A stretch of DNA of 64,000 nt, taken from sequence record PQ799574.1. One strand, written 5' to 3'. Positions 28,453 to 38,510 of the stretch are shown here, in pieces (position 1 is the first letter of the stretch; every line of letters starts with the position of its first letter). Under the pieces are notes generated by a model. That model was not told where the DNA came from, ran no database searches, and saw only the letters and a program-made list of their open reading frames with translations. Source of the stretch: Escherichia phage vB_EcoM_Maryam. The translations under genes were made by a program, and so were the position numbers.

Positions 28453-28690
28453 AAAGATAGCTAATTTCGCCTAAAACATAATCATTAATTGTAACAGTTT
28501 TCACTTCACCGCAAAAGAATTCTAACGCAATTAAATCTCGTTCAATTTCTTCTAATTGAAGCATCAACTTATTAGATTCAATTTTTACAGTTTCACGATT
28601 TTTACCATGAGCAATTTCATAAATTTCGCTAATTTTATCCTGAAGAAGATAAAACTGATCTTTAGTTATTTCCACGAATAGCTTCCTCAA
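28430..28690 (-). CDS. hypothetical protein (tandem paralog 2)
   Basis: 86 aa. Confidence 0.5.
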   Translation of the reverse strand: MRKLFVEITKDQFYLLQDKISEIYEIAHGKNRETVKIESNKLMLQLEEIERDLIALEFFCGEVKTVTINDYVLGEISYLYEAIIND

Positions 28691-28922
28691 ATTTAATTAG
28701 TAATTTACAGACACTTTCATCTAGTGTAATTACCGTATCTGTATTACTGTGATATGATTGTTTTTCAATTCGTTTAATTGCTAATATAGTATCACTTATA
28801 AGATAAAGCTTATGAAGGAGCTCAGCTCCTGTTACCATAACATTAAGATTATCTTGCTTATTAGTATGCTTCCTTATACCATCTATTAGACGATTTAAAT
28901 ATTTTGAATTGATGTTAATCAT
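28662..28922 (-). CDS. hypothetical protein
   Basis: ORF track 86 aa. Confidence 0.5.
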   Translation of the reverse strand: MININSKYLNRLIDGIRKHTNKQDNLNVMVTGAELLHKLYLISDTILAIKRIEKQSYHSNTDTVITLDESVCKLLIKFEEAIRGNN

Positions 28923-28928
28923 ATATCC

Positions 28929-30248
28929 TCACACATAAAATACGTCATAACGACCACGGGTAACACCAACATAAAGAAGTTGTTGAGCCAATTCAGCATC
29001 TGCATAATGAATACAAGGCGTATAAATGAAAGCACGGTCTACAGACATACCCTGAGCTTTATGGAATGTTGATGCAGGAAGTGCTTTCACTTTACTGAAC
29101 TGCGATTTAGCATCCCAAAAATCACTCCATGGAGCTTTTCCGCCTTTGTTCCAATTTTTATAAGTTTCTGCCGTTTTACCTAAAAATAGGTTAAACTTAT
29201 ACAATTCTTCATCAGATGAAATTATTTTAATCTTTTCACGATAATATTCATCATCGCCATAAGTTTCTACTGTTAAATCCCAATGACGAATTAAGTATTC
29301 CCCAGAAACACCACGAGCTTTAACAAACGTTGATGTATACTCTGCTTCTATAATACGAACTAATTGTCCGTTATTAAAAATAATTTCTGACACAGGCTTT
29401 CCATCAATTTTATATGTTTTAATTAATGGTTCCTGCATTACAATAATTTCACCGACAATAAAATCTTTATCAGTTTCAAAAATCTTTTTACGAATGATGT
29501 TATTTAACTTGTCAACAGATTTATTCGTAAATGCCATTACGCGATTTTCAAACAAATCATCTAGTGATTTTACGATTGAAAAATAATTTACCATAAAATC
29601 GCGTAAAGCGGTATCACCAGTAAATCCACGTACTCCATGCCCGTCAACAACTTTATCATAAATCCACTTACCGTTGCGAACATCAGTAGCTACATCAATA
29701 ATAGGAGCATTACTGCGTTTAACTTCAGTGAGTTCACACTGATAAAAATCTTTGTGTGTAAAGAATGGACTGATATAAGCAGTATTTTCTCCTGGGTCAA
29801 CAGGTCTAATTTGCTTATTATCGCCTATTCCAATTATAGTACACCACGGCGGAATAGTTGAAAGCAGAATTTTAAACAGCTTTCTATCATACATTGACAC
29901 TTCGTCACAGATTAATACTCTGCATTTAGCTAAATCTGGTACTTCCTTCTGCTCAAAGAGGACATTTTCTTCATATGTTACCGGGTTAATTTTAAGAATG
30001 CTGTGAATAGTACTCGCTTCTTTCCCTGATAGTTTTGAAAGAATCTTTTTAGCTGCATGAGTAGGAGCTGCTAAAATAATACCAGTTTCACCCGTAGATA
30101 TTAGGGCTTCAATGATGAATTTTGTAAGAGTAGTCTTACCAGTACCAGCAGGTCCATTAATAGTTACATGATGTTTCTTTTCTTTAATAGCCTTCATAAC
30201 AATGTTAAAGGCATTTTTCTGGCCTTCTGTCAAATCATCAAATGTCAT
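28929..30248 (-). CDS. dda: Dda DNA helicase (SF1)
   Basis: 439 aa; Walker A GPAGTGKT; recalled T4 Dda. Confidence 0.95.
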   Translation of the reverse strand: MTFDDLTEGQKNAFNIVMKAIKEKKHHVTINGPAGTGKTTLTKFIIEALISTGETGIILAAPTHAAKKILSKLSGKEASTIHSILKINPVTYEENVLFEQKEVPDLAKCRVLICDEVSMYDRKLFKILLSTIPPWCTIIGIGDNKQIRPVDPGENTAYISPFFTHKDFYQCELTEVKRSNAPIIDVATDVRNGKWIYDKVVDGHGVRGFTGDTALRDFMVNYFSIVKSLDDLFENRVMAFTNKSVDKLNNIIRKKIFETDKDFIVGEIIVMQEPLIKTYKIDGKPVSEIIFNNGQLVRIIEAEYTSTFVKARGVSGEYLIRHWDLTVETYGDDEYYREKIKIISSDEELYKFNLFLGKTAETYKNWNKGGKAPWSDFWDAKSQFSKVKALPASTFHKAQGMSVDRAFIYTPCIHYADAELAQQLLYVGVTRGRYDVFYV

Positions 30249-30556
30249 CGGAAAGTCCCTGCAATTGGAATACTAACAATACGCCCAGTATCTAGAATTC
30301 GTTGATATAATCTTTGTGTATCTACATCAGGCTTAACATGTTTAACTTCTATTTTATTAAACCAAAATTTACGTGGGGTCTCAACTAATCTTGGAATTCC
30401 CTTACCTAAAGCTAGTTTATATTGGTCTTTGAGAGTAGTAAAAACTCTATCAGCAATCTCTCTTTCAAAAAACACAGCAGGACGATGTTCATCAAGTGGA
30501 ACTGGCGCCGTAAATCCGTCTTTGTCTCGGTAAACTATCGCATATACATAAACCAT
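30245..30556 (-). CDS. hypothetical protein
   Basis: ORF track 103 aa. Confidence 0.5.
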   Translation of the reverse strand: MVYVYAIVYRDKDGFTAPVPLDEHRPAVFFEREIADRVFTTLKDQYKLALGKGIPRLVETPRKFWFNKIEVKHVKPDVDTQRLYQRILDTGRIVSIPIAGTFR

Positions 30557-30557
30557 A

Positions 30558-31313
30558 TTATCCTCGGATAAGTTTAAAAATTGAACAATTTAGCGGGTAT
30601 CCTCTTTTCAGTTTAAGTTTATCAATAAAAGACAAGTTTTGATACCGCTCTACACCTTGAATAATTTTATCACACATATCATATTGCATTTCTGCTTCTG
30701 ACAACTTTTTCACAATTTTCCAATCCGAGCCTTTAAGAAGAACGTTCAGTTTAACAACTTCAGCGCCTTCTGCTATGCGAGAACCATCAATACGAGCTTT
30801 AAGTGCTATAATCTTTAGCTTAATGTCAGAGGTCTGTTTTGATTTAGAAAGCTGAGAAATGTGTTCAATTCGATTTTCACGTTTTTTCTGTATAGCTTTA
30901 ATTTGATTATAAGTCTTTTTGATTTTAGCCCATTTCTTTTCATCTAAATTTAGTTTATGAACTTTTTTCGCAGATGAACGACCAATTCGCAAAGCAAATA
31001 AATCCCGTTTTTCAATCAACTCTTCTAAAGTATAATCAGAACGAAATGTATTATACTTTTTCTTTACTGCAATAACATTCCCTTTAATGTATCCAATGTT
31101 ATTATCAAAACGTTCTAATGATAATTTCTCTCCTTCAATACGATTATCAAAAGGTTCTCCCGAGTAAGCACAAACTTTTTGATCTAAAATGTTCTTAATG
31201 TAATTGAAGTCTAAGTTAAAATCTTTAGAACGTCTTTTTGCAGATGCCTGAGTATGCTCTAAACGACGTTTAATTTTACGAATTTGATTATTAGACATAT
31301 TATGCAGTTTCAT
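30558..31313 (-). CDS. srd: Srd-like protein (sigma-70-related decoy)
   Basis: 251 aa; position between dda and modA as in T4. Confidence 0.6.
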   Translation of the reverse strand: MKLHNMSNNQIRKIKRRLEHTQASAKRRSKDFNLDFNYIKNILDQKVCAYSGEPFDNRIEGEKLSLERFDNNIGYIKGNVIAVKKKYNTFRSDYTLEELIEKRDLFALRIGRSSAKKVHKLNLDEKKWAKIKKTYNQIKAIQKKRENRIEHISQLSKSKQTSDIKLKIIALKARIDGSRIAEGAEVVKLNVLLKGSDWKIVKKLSEAEMQYDMCDKIIQGVERYQNLSFIDKLKLKRGYPLNCSIFKLIRG

Positions 31314-31434
31314 ATTTTTCTCACATCTTACGGACGATTGACTACTATACTATAACATTTTTACCTTGGCTTGTAAACAATTTTATGAAAAATGCTTTAA
31401 AAATTTCATGGTATAATGAATCTAAGTCCTTCCA

Positions 31435-32037
31435 TTATAGATTAAATCCTTCAAAATCAAGAGTATAGATAGTGTATGTTGAGTACTTTTTGTACTCATA
31501 TCTATCTGCAATTCTAAATACACTTCCAGCTGGTATCATTACTTCTTGTTCATCTGAAACTAATTCCATATTACGATAACGATGACTATCCGGAAACTTA
31601 AAGTTTGGATTGTATTCTTTACAGCGTAGAGCTTTTATAGCATACTCCTGGAAATTGAATACCATAGGAGCTTTGAATTCAAAAATAACTTGTGTGTTAT
31701 ACTCTAAACCAGAAGCAAAATGTAGAGCTATATTTTTATCATATGAAGCTGATACGACTTTATCAAATGTAATAATATCAATTCCTTGATTTAATACTTG
31801 TTTAGTCTCAGCTGGAACACCTCTCCAAAGAGGTTTATCGTTTGGAACCAAACGAGATTTGATTATTTCATTTAACCAAGAATGATCGTCTGGTTTATTA
31901 GTAATACAATGAATTAAAAGTTCAATTTCAGATAAATTAAACCCTTCAGAAAGTAATTCTTCACGAATAGAAGCACGCACCGATGCATCCATTGATTTTA
32001 TTTTAAAATCTTTTAGTTGCATTACCGAGTATTTCAT
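31435..32037 (-). CDS. modA: ADP-ribosyltransferase ModA
   Basis: 200 aa; R / S-x-S / E-x-E ART signature (LWRG, SAS, EQEVMIP). Confidence 0.85.
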   Translation of the reverse strand: MKYSVMQLKDFKIKSMDASVRASIREELLSEGFNLSEIELLIHCITNKPDDHSWLNEIIKSRLVPNDKPLWRGVPAETKQVLNQGIDIITFDKVVSASYDKNIALHFASGLEYNTQVIFEFKAPMVFNFQEYAIKALRCKEYNPNFKFPDSHRYRNMELVSDEQEVMIPAGSVFRIADRYEYKKYSTYTIYTLDFEGFNL

Positions 32038-32657
32038 TCAACTACCTCAATATCATAAACTTTAAATGTTCCAAATGAATCGTGTAATTTTTCTTTTGAA
32101 ATAGAAGTTATTCTATACTTTCCAATTGGAATCATCCATTCCTGTTCACGCACAATCATCATTAAGTTATCAGTACGCTCTGAATCTAATCCATCAGTAT
32201 CTTCATACGTGTACTTAAACTCAGTATTAGGAGAAGAAAGTATAATATCGCTGATATGGTCAGAATAATTAAAAGCTTTATTAGTTTTTAAGCGAAGTAT
32301 TATTTTAGTAAAATATTCAGCGTAAGAAAAAGAACATGCTGTGAGCAAACTAGTAGTAAATGAATCTACTCTATTCGTTGAAAACACTTCTCCAACTTGT
32401 AAATCTTTAATAAGTTCTTCTGTTGATTTTGATATACCACGATATAACTGATAAGGTGATTTAGTTAAATGCTTTTTAATGATTTTATTCAACTGCCGAT
32501 GAAGAGCTTCATTCTTTTTGGCTTCCATACATTGCCAAAGAACTGACTGCTCAAAGTCAGTAAATTTTTCACAGACCTTTTTATACATATCATATTGAAA
32601 ATCGACGCTTTCAGCTTTTATAGATAACTGTTCAACATCTGCAAGATTAATAATCAT
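32034..32657 (-). CDS. modB: ADP-ribosyltransferase ModB
   Basis: 207 aa; ART signature (LYRG, EQEWMIP); tandem with modA. Confidence 0.85.
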   Translation of the reverse strand: MIINLADVEQLSIKAESVDFQYDMYKKVCEKFTDFEQSVLWQCMEAKKNEALHRQLNKIIKKHLTKSPYQLYRGISKSTEELIKDLQVGEVFSTNRVDSFTTSLLTACSFSYAEYFTKIILRLKTNKAFNYSDHISDIILSSPNTEFKYTYEDTDGLDSERTDNLMMIVREQEWMIPIGKYRITSISKEKLHDSFGTFKVYDIEVVE

Positions 32658-32724
32658 GATAGCCTCCGTATACTTCAGAAGCTATCATATCATCGTTAGA
32701 AAGGAAAGTAAACAACTTTTTGAA

Positions 32725-32907
32725 TTATTTTGCCCAGGGAGCCCAGGGCGGAGGGTCAAGATGGTATGAAGCTAGTTCTTCTAGAAGAGCATCTGGGGCT
32801 TCAATTCCATAATTCTGTAATACTATACGGTACTCTTTCTTATAATCACTAGAATCATTCTGGATATTCGTAGAATGATTATCTTCTAACATCTCAAATA
32901 AATCCAT
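32725..32907 (-). CDS. hypothetical protein
   Basis: ORF track 60 aa. Confidence 0.4.
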   Translation of the reverse strand: MDLFEMLEDNHSTNIQNDSSDYKKEYRIVLQNYGIEAPDALLEELASYHLDPPPWAPWAK

Positions 32908-32915
32908 ATTAATTC

Positions 32916-33386
32916 CTAGCGATAAAAACCAAAATGACGATTAGCTTCAGCAATCTTTCTTTCTTCTTCGGACATTCTCCATCGTAGTCCAACATCAAAA
33001 TGAGCCCAGACCATCCTAACAAATGCATTTATATCTTTAATATCTTCAATAATGAATGTTTTACTTTTAGAAGGTTGACTCGCTAATTTAACTTTATCGT
33101 CTTCAAACATGTCAAAAAGACCATATTCATGAGCTCTTTTATAGCCTTTAATAGTTAAAGCTTCAGAAGAAGAAAATGGTGAATCTGTATTCTGCAAAAT
33201 ATCTTCAGTATGCTTTATAATTAGAATAATATTTTCTGGATATTTTCTTTCTTTTATATCTTTAATTAAAATATCCGGATTTTCTGCTAAAGGAATAATT
33301 AATGAGCATTTTTTATCAAGTGTATTTACTGATTTACCTTCTTTAGACATAAATTCTATTGAATAATGTTTTGCTACTTCAATCAT
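32916..33386 (-). CDS. hypothetical protein
   Basis: ORF track 156 aa. Confidence 0.5.
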   Translation of the reverse strand: MIEVAKHYSIEFMSKEGKSVNTLDKKCSLIIPLAENPDILIKDIKERKYPENIILIIKHTEDILQNTDSPFSSSEALTIKGYKRAHEYGLFDMFEDDKVKLASQPSKSKTFIIEDIKDINAFVRMVWAHFDVGLRWRMSEEERKIAEANRHFGFYR

Positions 33387-33539
33387 GGGATTTCCTTTTG
33401 CCTACTAATGGACCATCGGGAATTTTGTTTTCCTGGATATATTTCTCATTTTCTTCCATCATTTTACTGCCAATTTTAAGAAGCAAATCCAGTGCTTCAT
33501 TTGCTTTAGCTTTAGCCTCTTCCAGCGTCATATCTTTGT

Positions 33540-33743
33540 TCACGATTTATCCCCATAGATGTCTCTCATCAATTTAAGCGCTGAGCGTTCTAATTTCTTT
33601 TCTTTCTCAGCACTAATCATTGATTTCATCCATTCTTCCGATTCGTTCTGCATTTCTTTATTTGCTTGTTCAACCCAACCATCATCAATGTACATTGAGT
33701 TTGGTCTATTGAACCATTCAAGAATCTTCTTGAGAGCTTTCAT
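33540..33743 (-). CDS. hypothetical protein
   Basis: ORF track 67 aa. Confidence 0.45.
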   Translation of the reverse strand: MKALKKILEWFNRPNSMYIDDGWVEQANKEMQNESEEWMKSMISAEKEKKLERSALKLMRDIYGDKS

Positions 33744-34215
33744 TTATTTTACCTAAAACAATAGTAGGAGCATTGTCAAATTTATGAATTTTTAGCAAAT
33801 TTGGATTTAAATTATTCCATAAAGAGGTAATAAAATATGATAGCGCACTTTCGTCCGTAATTATAAATTTATTTCCTTTATCTATTTTCCAATCATATAT
33901 TGAATCATATGAATAGAAGGATAACGGTTTATTATTATAATATGCTTCAGCAACATCAATATAGTTAGATTTAGTAAATGCTTGAATTGCCATAAATGGA
34001 GAATTTTGTACAGTTTCAATAATTCCGATCTTTTTAAGTTTTATTTCAACATCTTCTGGAATTGGCATTGAAATAAAATCTTCTACTAGATACATGTTAT
34101 TGTCATATCTTTTATCAATCATTACTGCTACTGTAATTGGAACATCCTTGACAAACGCCATACTAATGCTATTGATAGACATTTCAAACAAAATTGCTTC
34201 CATAATTTTCCTCAA
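33718..34215 (-). CDS. hypothetical protein
   Basis: ORF track 165 aa. Confidence 0.5.
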   Translation of the reverse strand: MRKIMEAILFEMSINSISMAFVKDVPITVAVMIDKRYDNNMYLVEDFISMPIPEDVEIKLKKIGIIETVQNSPFMAIQAFTKSNYIDVAEAYYNNKPLSFYSYDSIYDWKIDKGNKFIITDESALSYFITSLWNNLNPNLLKIHKFDNAPTIVLGKINESSQEDS

Positions 34216-34553
34216 TCACAAGATGTAGATGAACAACTAGAATCACAAGAACTTCCACATGAATCGCCCGTCCATACATAAACAGGAACATTTGTATCAT
34301 ATGAATCAGAACTAGACTGTGTTTTCTGTGCATTAGATGATGTAGTAGGTGTTGACCAGCGCCAAGGATTTTTATAATATTCTTGGGCTTCTTCATAAGT
34401 CATAGTAACTGCTTCTACTGTTCCATCTCCCATATAAACATACTCAACTACAGTTAAAGGAAGGTAGTCATTTGAAATAGGAACTACACCTTCTCCAGGA
34501 GTCGTAGAGAAAAAATCCGTAAAGAAACTTTTAAACCAATTAAAGATAAACAT
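34212..34553 (-). CDS. hypothetical protein with Cys/Ser-rich C-terminal tail
   Basis: 113 aa ending [18 protein letters not shown]. Confidence 0.5.
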   Translation of the reverse strand: MFIFNWFKSFFTDFFSTTPGEGVVPISNDYLPLTVVEYVYMGDGTVEAVTMTYEEAQEYYKNPWRWSTPTTSSNAQKTQSSSDSYDTNVPVYVWTGDSCGSSCDSSCSSTSCD

Positions 34554-34759
34554 TACAAAAAGCCTCTTTTGAATTCAACTTGTTTATCGCCATAATCATA
34601 TCGAATTTCTGCATTAAATTCAACAGAACCATCTGCGTACATCATAAATGAATGAACAACAACTTCTGTAGACCATGGTTGCAGTTCATATTTCTTCATT
34701 ACATGCCGTGAAATGATAATATCTAAATCTTCATTTGGTTTAATCCAACGATTTAACAT
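34553..34759 (-). CDS. hypothetical protein
   Basis: ORF track 68 aa. Confidence 0.45.
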   Translation of the reverse strand: MLNRWIKPNEDLDIIISRHVMKKYELQPWSTEVVVHSFMMYADGSVEFNAEIRYDYGDKQVEFKRGFL

Positions 34760-34830
34760 AATGCTCTCCTCTATAAGATAATTCTATTATACCATACTCA
34801 TTTTGGAAAGTAAACCGGTAAAATGAAAAA

Positions 34831-34850
34831 AGGACTCCCGAAGGAGTCCT
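34831..34850 (-). terminator. rho-independent terminator downstream of soc (8-bp stem, UUCG loop, U-run)
   Basis: AGGACTCC-CGAA-GGAGTCCT with A-run on plus strand (U-run in minus RNA). Confidence 0.65.
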
Positions 34851-34855
34851 TGAAA

Positions 34856-35101
34856 TTATTCACCAGTTACTTTCCACAAATCTTCGTTTGCAGTAATCCA
34901 TTCAGTACGTTGATTTTCTTCATATACTGTAGAATATGCTGCTTTTTCTGAAGGGAATATCTGATAATGAGCTCCAGAAATTTTGTGAACGTCAGAATAA
35001 AGAGGGAAAGCTACAGAAATTTCCTTTCCTTCAATTTTCTTATTTCCATCTAATTTCTGCTCAAACGTTTTGATATTAACATAACCGCGAGTACTAGCCA
35101 T
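34856..35101 (-). CDS. soc: small outer capsid protein Soc
   Basis: 81 aa MASTRGYVNIKTFEQKLDGNKKIEGKEISVAFPLYSDVHK... Confidence 0.9.
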   Translation of the reverse strand: MASTRGYVNIKTFEQKLDGNKKIEGKEISVAFPLYSDVHKISGAHYQIFPSEKAAYSTVYEENQRTEWITANEDLWKVTGE

Positions 35102-35131
35102 GTAATTCTCCTTTTATTTAAATTACATGAT

Positions 35132-35139
35132 TATTTATA
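35132..35139 (-). promoter_or_regulatory. late promoter TATAAATA upstream of soc
   Basis: Reverse complement of TATTTATA at 35132-35139, ~30 nt upstream of soc ATG. Confidence 0.6.
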
Positions 35140-35323
35140 ATAAATTCTCACGGAACGTTAAAATACCCAATTTTAGTTAATATAACAATATCGCCGTTAA
35201 TAATTACCGGAGAATAATCGGCTGGAGCATTAAATTTTCAATGGGCTCTAATATTATATCCATCAGAACCAAATGCTCGACTAGCCGGTCTCCCGGCTTT
35301 TTGCCATGCATAAAAATCAAATT

Positions 35324-35530
35324 TCATTTTGAATGCTCTATAATTAATTTTAAGGCTTCTTCACGCACCAACTTGCCTAATGGTATATGACCAGTTTTAA
35401 TTGTGTAAGCTTTGTGGAGCTGATTAGATAAGAGCTCGTATGTGAGCTCTTTGTCATAATTTTTAAATAGCTGGTCAATACGTTTCTTGCGGGCTTTCTT
35501 AAGCTGGCGTTTATTTAAACGAGCCATCAA
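35324..35530 (-). CDS. hypothetical basic protein
   Basis: ORF track 68 aa. Confidence 0.45.
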   Translation of the reverse strand: MMARLNKRQLKKARKKRIDQLFKNYDKELTYELLSNQLHKAYTIKTGHIPLGKLVREEALKLIIEHSK

Positions 35531-36045
35531 TAACCTCGGTCTTGACGAGCGAAGTTTTCAGCATTTTTCAGATAATAAAGTTTAAAGATTTCTTCAGCTG
35601 ACATTCCAAGAGCAATGAATTTATTCATGAAAAAGTGAAATTGGTCAATCAGTTCAAATTTAATTTCAAGCTGATCTTCAGGAGATAAGTCTTGAATTTT
35701 CTTGGATTGCATTTCAGAATAACGTTTCTTCCAAGGTTTCCATACGGCAGAAGCTTCTTTTTCACCATTACTCATACCACCAAGAGAAGTATATAGCTCG
35801 CGAGTTTCATCTGCGATATAATCGTCTTGGTTTCGCAGCCAAGTAAGAACTTCTCCTGCAGTTTCAAGTGAATCGGGATGACGATTTGTTTCTGGTTTAT
35901 CATTAGCCAAACGAATCTGTAAATGCCGCTGCATATCAAGCATAACCTGCAGTGGGTCAATATTGTGCATAATATTCTCAGCATATGCACGATTTGCTTT
36001 ATCAACACCTTCGATCAAATGAGCGCATTCATTAAAGTGAGCCAT
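35527..36045 (-). CDS. 56: dCTP pyrophosphatase gp56
   Basis: ORF track 35527..36138; true start MAHFNECAHLIEG... at 36045 preceded by AAGGAAA. Confidence 0.8.
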   Translation of the reverse strand: MAHFNECAHLIEGVDKANRAYAENIMHNIDPLQVMLDMQRHLQIRLANDKPETNRHPDSLETAGEVLTWLRNQDDYIADETRELYTSLGGMSNGEKEASAVWKPWKKRYSEMQSKKIQDLSPEDQLEIKFELIDQFHFFMNKFIALGMSAEEIFKLYYLKNAENFARQDRGY

Positions 36046-36116
36046 TATTTTTCCTTTCAATTCATGAGTTAGTAGATTAATTATACAATAAATATATAAA
36101 GCAATAAGGAGGACAT

Positions 36117-36317
36117 ATGGTACAAAAATTAATGGCACTTGTTAATGCCATCAAAGGTAATAAAAAGCGTATAGCTTTTACTATTTCTGCTATGGTAGGA
36201 ATTTTACTCTGGAACTTTATTCTATCACCTGTTGCAATTGCACATGGTATTAATATTCCAGTAGTTACTCTTGATACATTCGTAGATTTAGCATTTGCTT
36301 TAGTTGGGTTAATTTAA
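36117..36317 (+). CDS. small membrane protein encoded on opposite strand between genes 56 and 61
   Basis: 66 aa; strong SD AAGGAGG 7 nt before ATG; two hydrophobic segments. Confidence 0.4.
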   Translation: MVQKLMALVNAIKGNKKRIAFTISAMVGILLWNFILSPVAIAHGINIPVVTLDTFVDLAFALVGLI

Positions 36318-37342
36318 ATCTTAGCATATTTAGATAACCGCATTTTAGCCATCAACCCCTGGGCAATATTATTTTTCATATATTCCATAATTTGTTCAGG
36401 GGTTGCACCTTCCTTTCTAATCATATCATTAACATCTTTTGATTTCCAGGGAGATTTATCCCAAAACATAACCCTTTCTCCTGCATCAACTAATTTAGTC
36501 ATTCGCTTAATAGTGTCAGGATGACGAGGTTCATTATCTAAAACCCACACTCGTCTATCTTTAAATGGAACAACTTCTAGGTCTAATTGACCACCCGTAA
36601 TAGCTATACCATTTTCAATAAAAAGTGAATCTATAGGTCCTTCTAGAACATATACATCACCATCTTTAACTCGTTCGACTCCATATATTTTTGTTGCCTC
36701 AGGATAAGCTTTAATGGTGATATATTTTTGAGGAGCATCTTTCTTTAATGCACGTCCTTGAAAAGACTCAGCTTTTCCATTAGCATTATAAATTGGAATA
36801 ACAAGACGAGGCTCAGAAATTTCCTTTTTGTATGTTCCCGGTGCTATGCTATTAACTAATTTAGGCCATTCGGTTGTAAACCAAAGATATTTCCATTTAT
36901 CCTTTGGAATACAACGAGCTTTTACATATTTTATAATTGGATGGTCTTCCGCCAGTTTATCTAATCTAACACATGACGGAAGAGATTTAATTATTTTCTT
37001 CTCAGGTTGCTTAGGAAGTTCTTTAGGTTTTTCTACTGGACGACTTTTACCTTTTTCTTTTCTTATTTCAAAGATATACTCACGATATAAATCAGGTTCA
37101 AACTCCTTTAAATATATTCCGATTGGTGCATGATAATTACAGTTATAACAATGAATATTTCCTTCATTATTATCACCATAATACCATCCACGAGCTTTAT
37201 TCTGGTCGGTTTTTGAATCTCCACAAACAGGACATCTAAACCGCAATTTAAAAGTTGAACTATTATTTACTTGTGTGAATTTAGGTAAATGAGCCAATGC
37301 ACGATACGCAAACTCATTATCAATCCAAGGTATTGATGACAT
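36314..37342 (-). CDS. 61: DNA primase gp61
   Basis: 342 aa; zinc ribbon CPVCGDS...CYNCNYH plus TOPRIM. Confidence 0.9.
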   Translation of the reverse strand: MSSIPWIDNEFAYRALAHLPKFTQVNNSSTFKLRFRCPVCGDSKTDQNKARGWYYGDNNEGNIHCYNCNYHAPIGIYLKEFEPDLYREYIFEIRKEKGKSRPVEKPKELPKQPEKKIIKSLPSCVRLDKLAEDHPIIKYVKARCIPKDKWKYLWFTTEWPKLVNSIAPGTYKKEISEPRLVIPIYNANGKAESFQGRALKKDAPQKYITIKAYPEATKIYGVERVKDGDVYVLEGPIDSLFIENGIAITGGQLDLEVVPFKDRRVWVLDNEPRHPDTIKRMTKLVDAGERVMFWDKSPWKSKDVNDMIRKEGATPEQIMEYMKNNIAQGLMAKMRLSKYAKI

Positions 37343-37510
37343 TTTTACTCTTCTTTTTCTTTAGATTCCTCTTTTTTCTTTTTAGGAATCTGTTCAGGAC
37401 CTTTATTTACTACAGCACCTGATGTTGTTCCAGTAGAGATATTTTCAGGATTACCACCTGAATCTCCAGCGACCATATCTTCTTTAATAAATTCTTTATA
37501 TGTTTTCATA

Positions 37511-37867
37511 TTAACCTCTATTCATAAAAGCATTAAAAATTTGGTCATCAATAGATGGCGCAGTAATATTTTCTGCATCATTTAGCAAATCATTAATTTC
37601 ATCAGATAGCATAACACATGTACCTTTATTTCCTGTAATTGTTACTGCACAATTACGAACGTTTTCTTTATCAAATTTTAGGTTAATATTTTCGTAGTGA
37701 AAATCCTTTAATGCCGAATATATCTTTAAAATGAAATTGTCTTTTACTACAATAAACCCAACCTCACTATTAAAACGCGGTTCATGGAAACTGTAATAAA
37801 CCTTTTCATCTATAAAATCGTATGAAATTTTTTCCATTTTTAAATATGAAAATTCAGAACTATACAT
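37511..37867 (-). CDS. hypothetical protein (61.1-like), shares C-terminal DDQIFNAFMN(R/K)G with next ORF
   Basis: ORF track 118 aa. Confidence 0.5.
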   Translation of the reverse strand: MYSSEFSYLKMEKISYDFIDEKVYYSFHEPRFNSEVGFIVVKDNFILKIYSALKDFHYENINLKFDKENVRNCAVTITGNKGTCVMLSDEINDLLNDAENITAPSIDDQIFNAFMNRG

Positions 37868-37868
37868 A

Positions 37869-38510
37869 TTAACCTTTATTCATAAAAGCATTAAAAATTT
37901 GATCGTCAATAGAAACTTTTACTTTAGGCTGTTCTTCAAACGGTAATTCATATCCACATATTACAATTTTGTGATCGATACCAAAATACACAGAAGCAAT
38001 ATTATTAATATTATTTTCAGTGAAATCTAAATTAACATCAATATCTTTTTGACTAACGCTCAAAGGATAATTAATACGAATAATTCGATTATCTTTAACA
38101 AAGATTCCACCGACATACTCTGTGCTGCGTTTAAAGTTTACACGTTTCCTAAATGAAAAATATTCAGGTTCTTTATGGGCTCGACTCATAGGGCTTAAAG
38201 TGTATTCCGAATATGAAATATCAAATCCTACACCTTCAATATGAGCCAAAGTGTCATGATTAAACCAATTATAATCGTATGCCAAATCCATTAAATTGTA
38301 ATATGTGAAAGGCACCGGATTAACATCATGTGTTGTACCTTTAAAATCTGCCCAGGCAACGATTTCGTTATCTTTAACAATTACAAAAATTGTGTCAATA
38401 AGATATCCACGGTTATTTTCATCAGGCGTTATATTATAACATTGTGCATCAGGAAATTTACCGTATTTAAACGGCGGATTTTTGTGCATATAATAAATCA
38501 TATTATTCAC
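37869..38510 (-). CDS. hypothetical protein (61.2-like), two internal VKDN-type repeats
   Basis: ORF track 213 aa. Confidence 0.5.
   Translation of the reverse strand: MNNMIYYMHKNPPFKYGKFPDAQCYNITPDENNRGYLIDTIFVIVKDNEIVAWADFKGTTHDVNPVPFTYYNLMDLAYDYNWFNHDTLAHIEGVGFDISYSEYTLSPMSRAHKEPEYFSFRKRVNFKRSTEYVGGIFVKDNRIIRINYPLSVSQKDIDVNLDFTENNINNIASVYFGIDHKIVICGYELPFEEQPKVKVSIDDQIFNAFMNKG

Noticed and set aside
36046-36138. N-terminal extension of gene 56 in the ORF track (203 aa)
   Set aside because: The extension is hydrophobic junk; the conserved dCTPase begins at MAHFNECAHL with a good SD, so the start was set to 36045.
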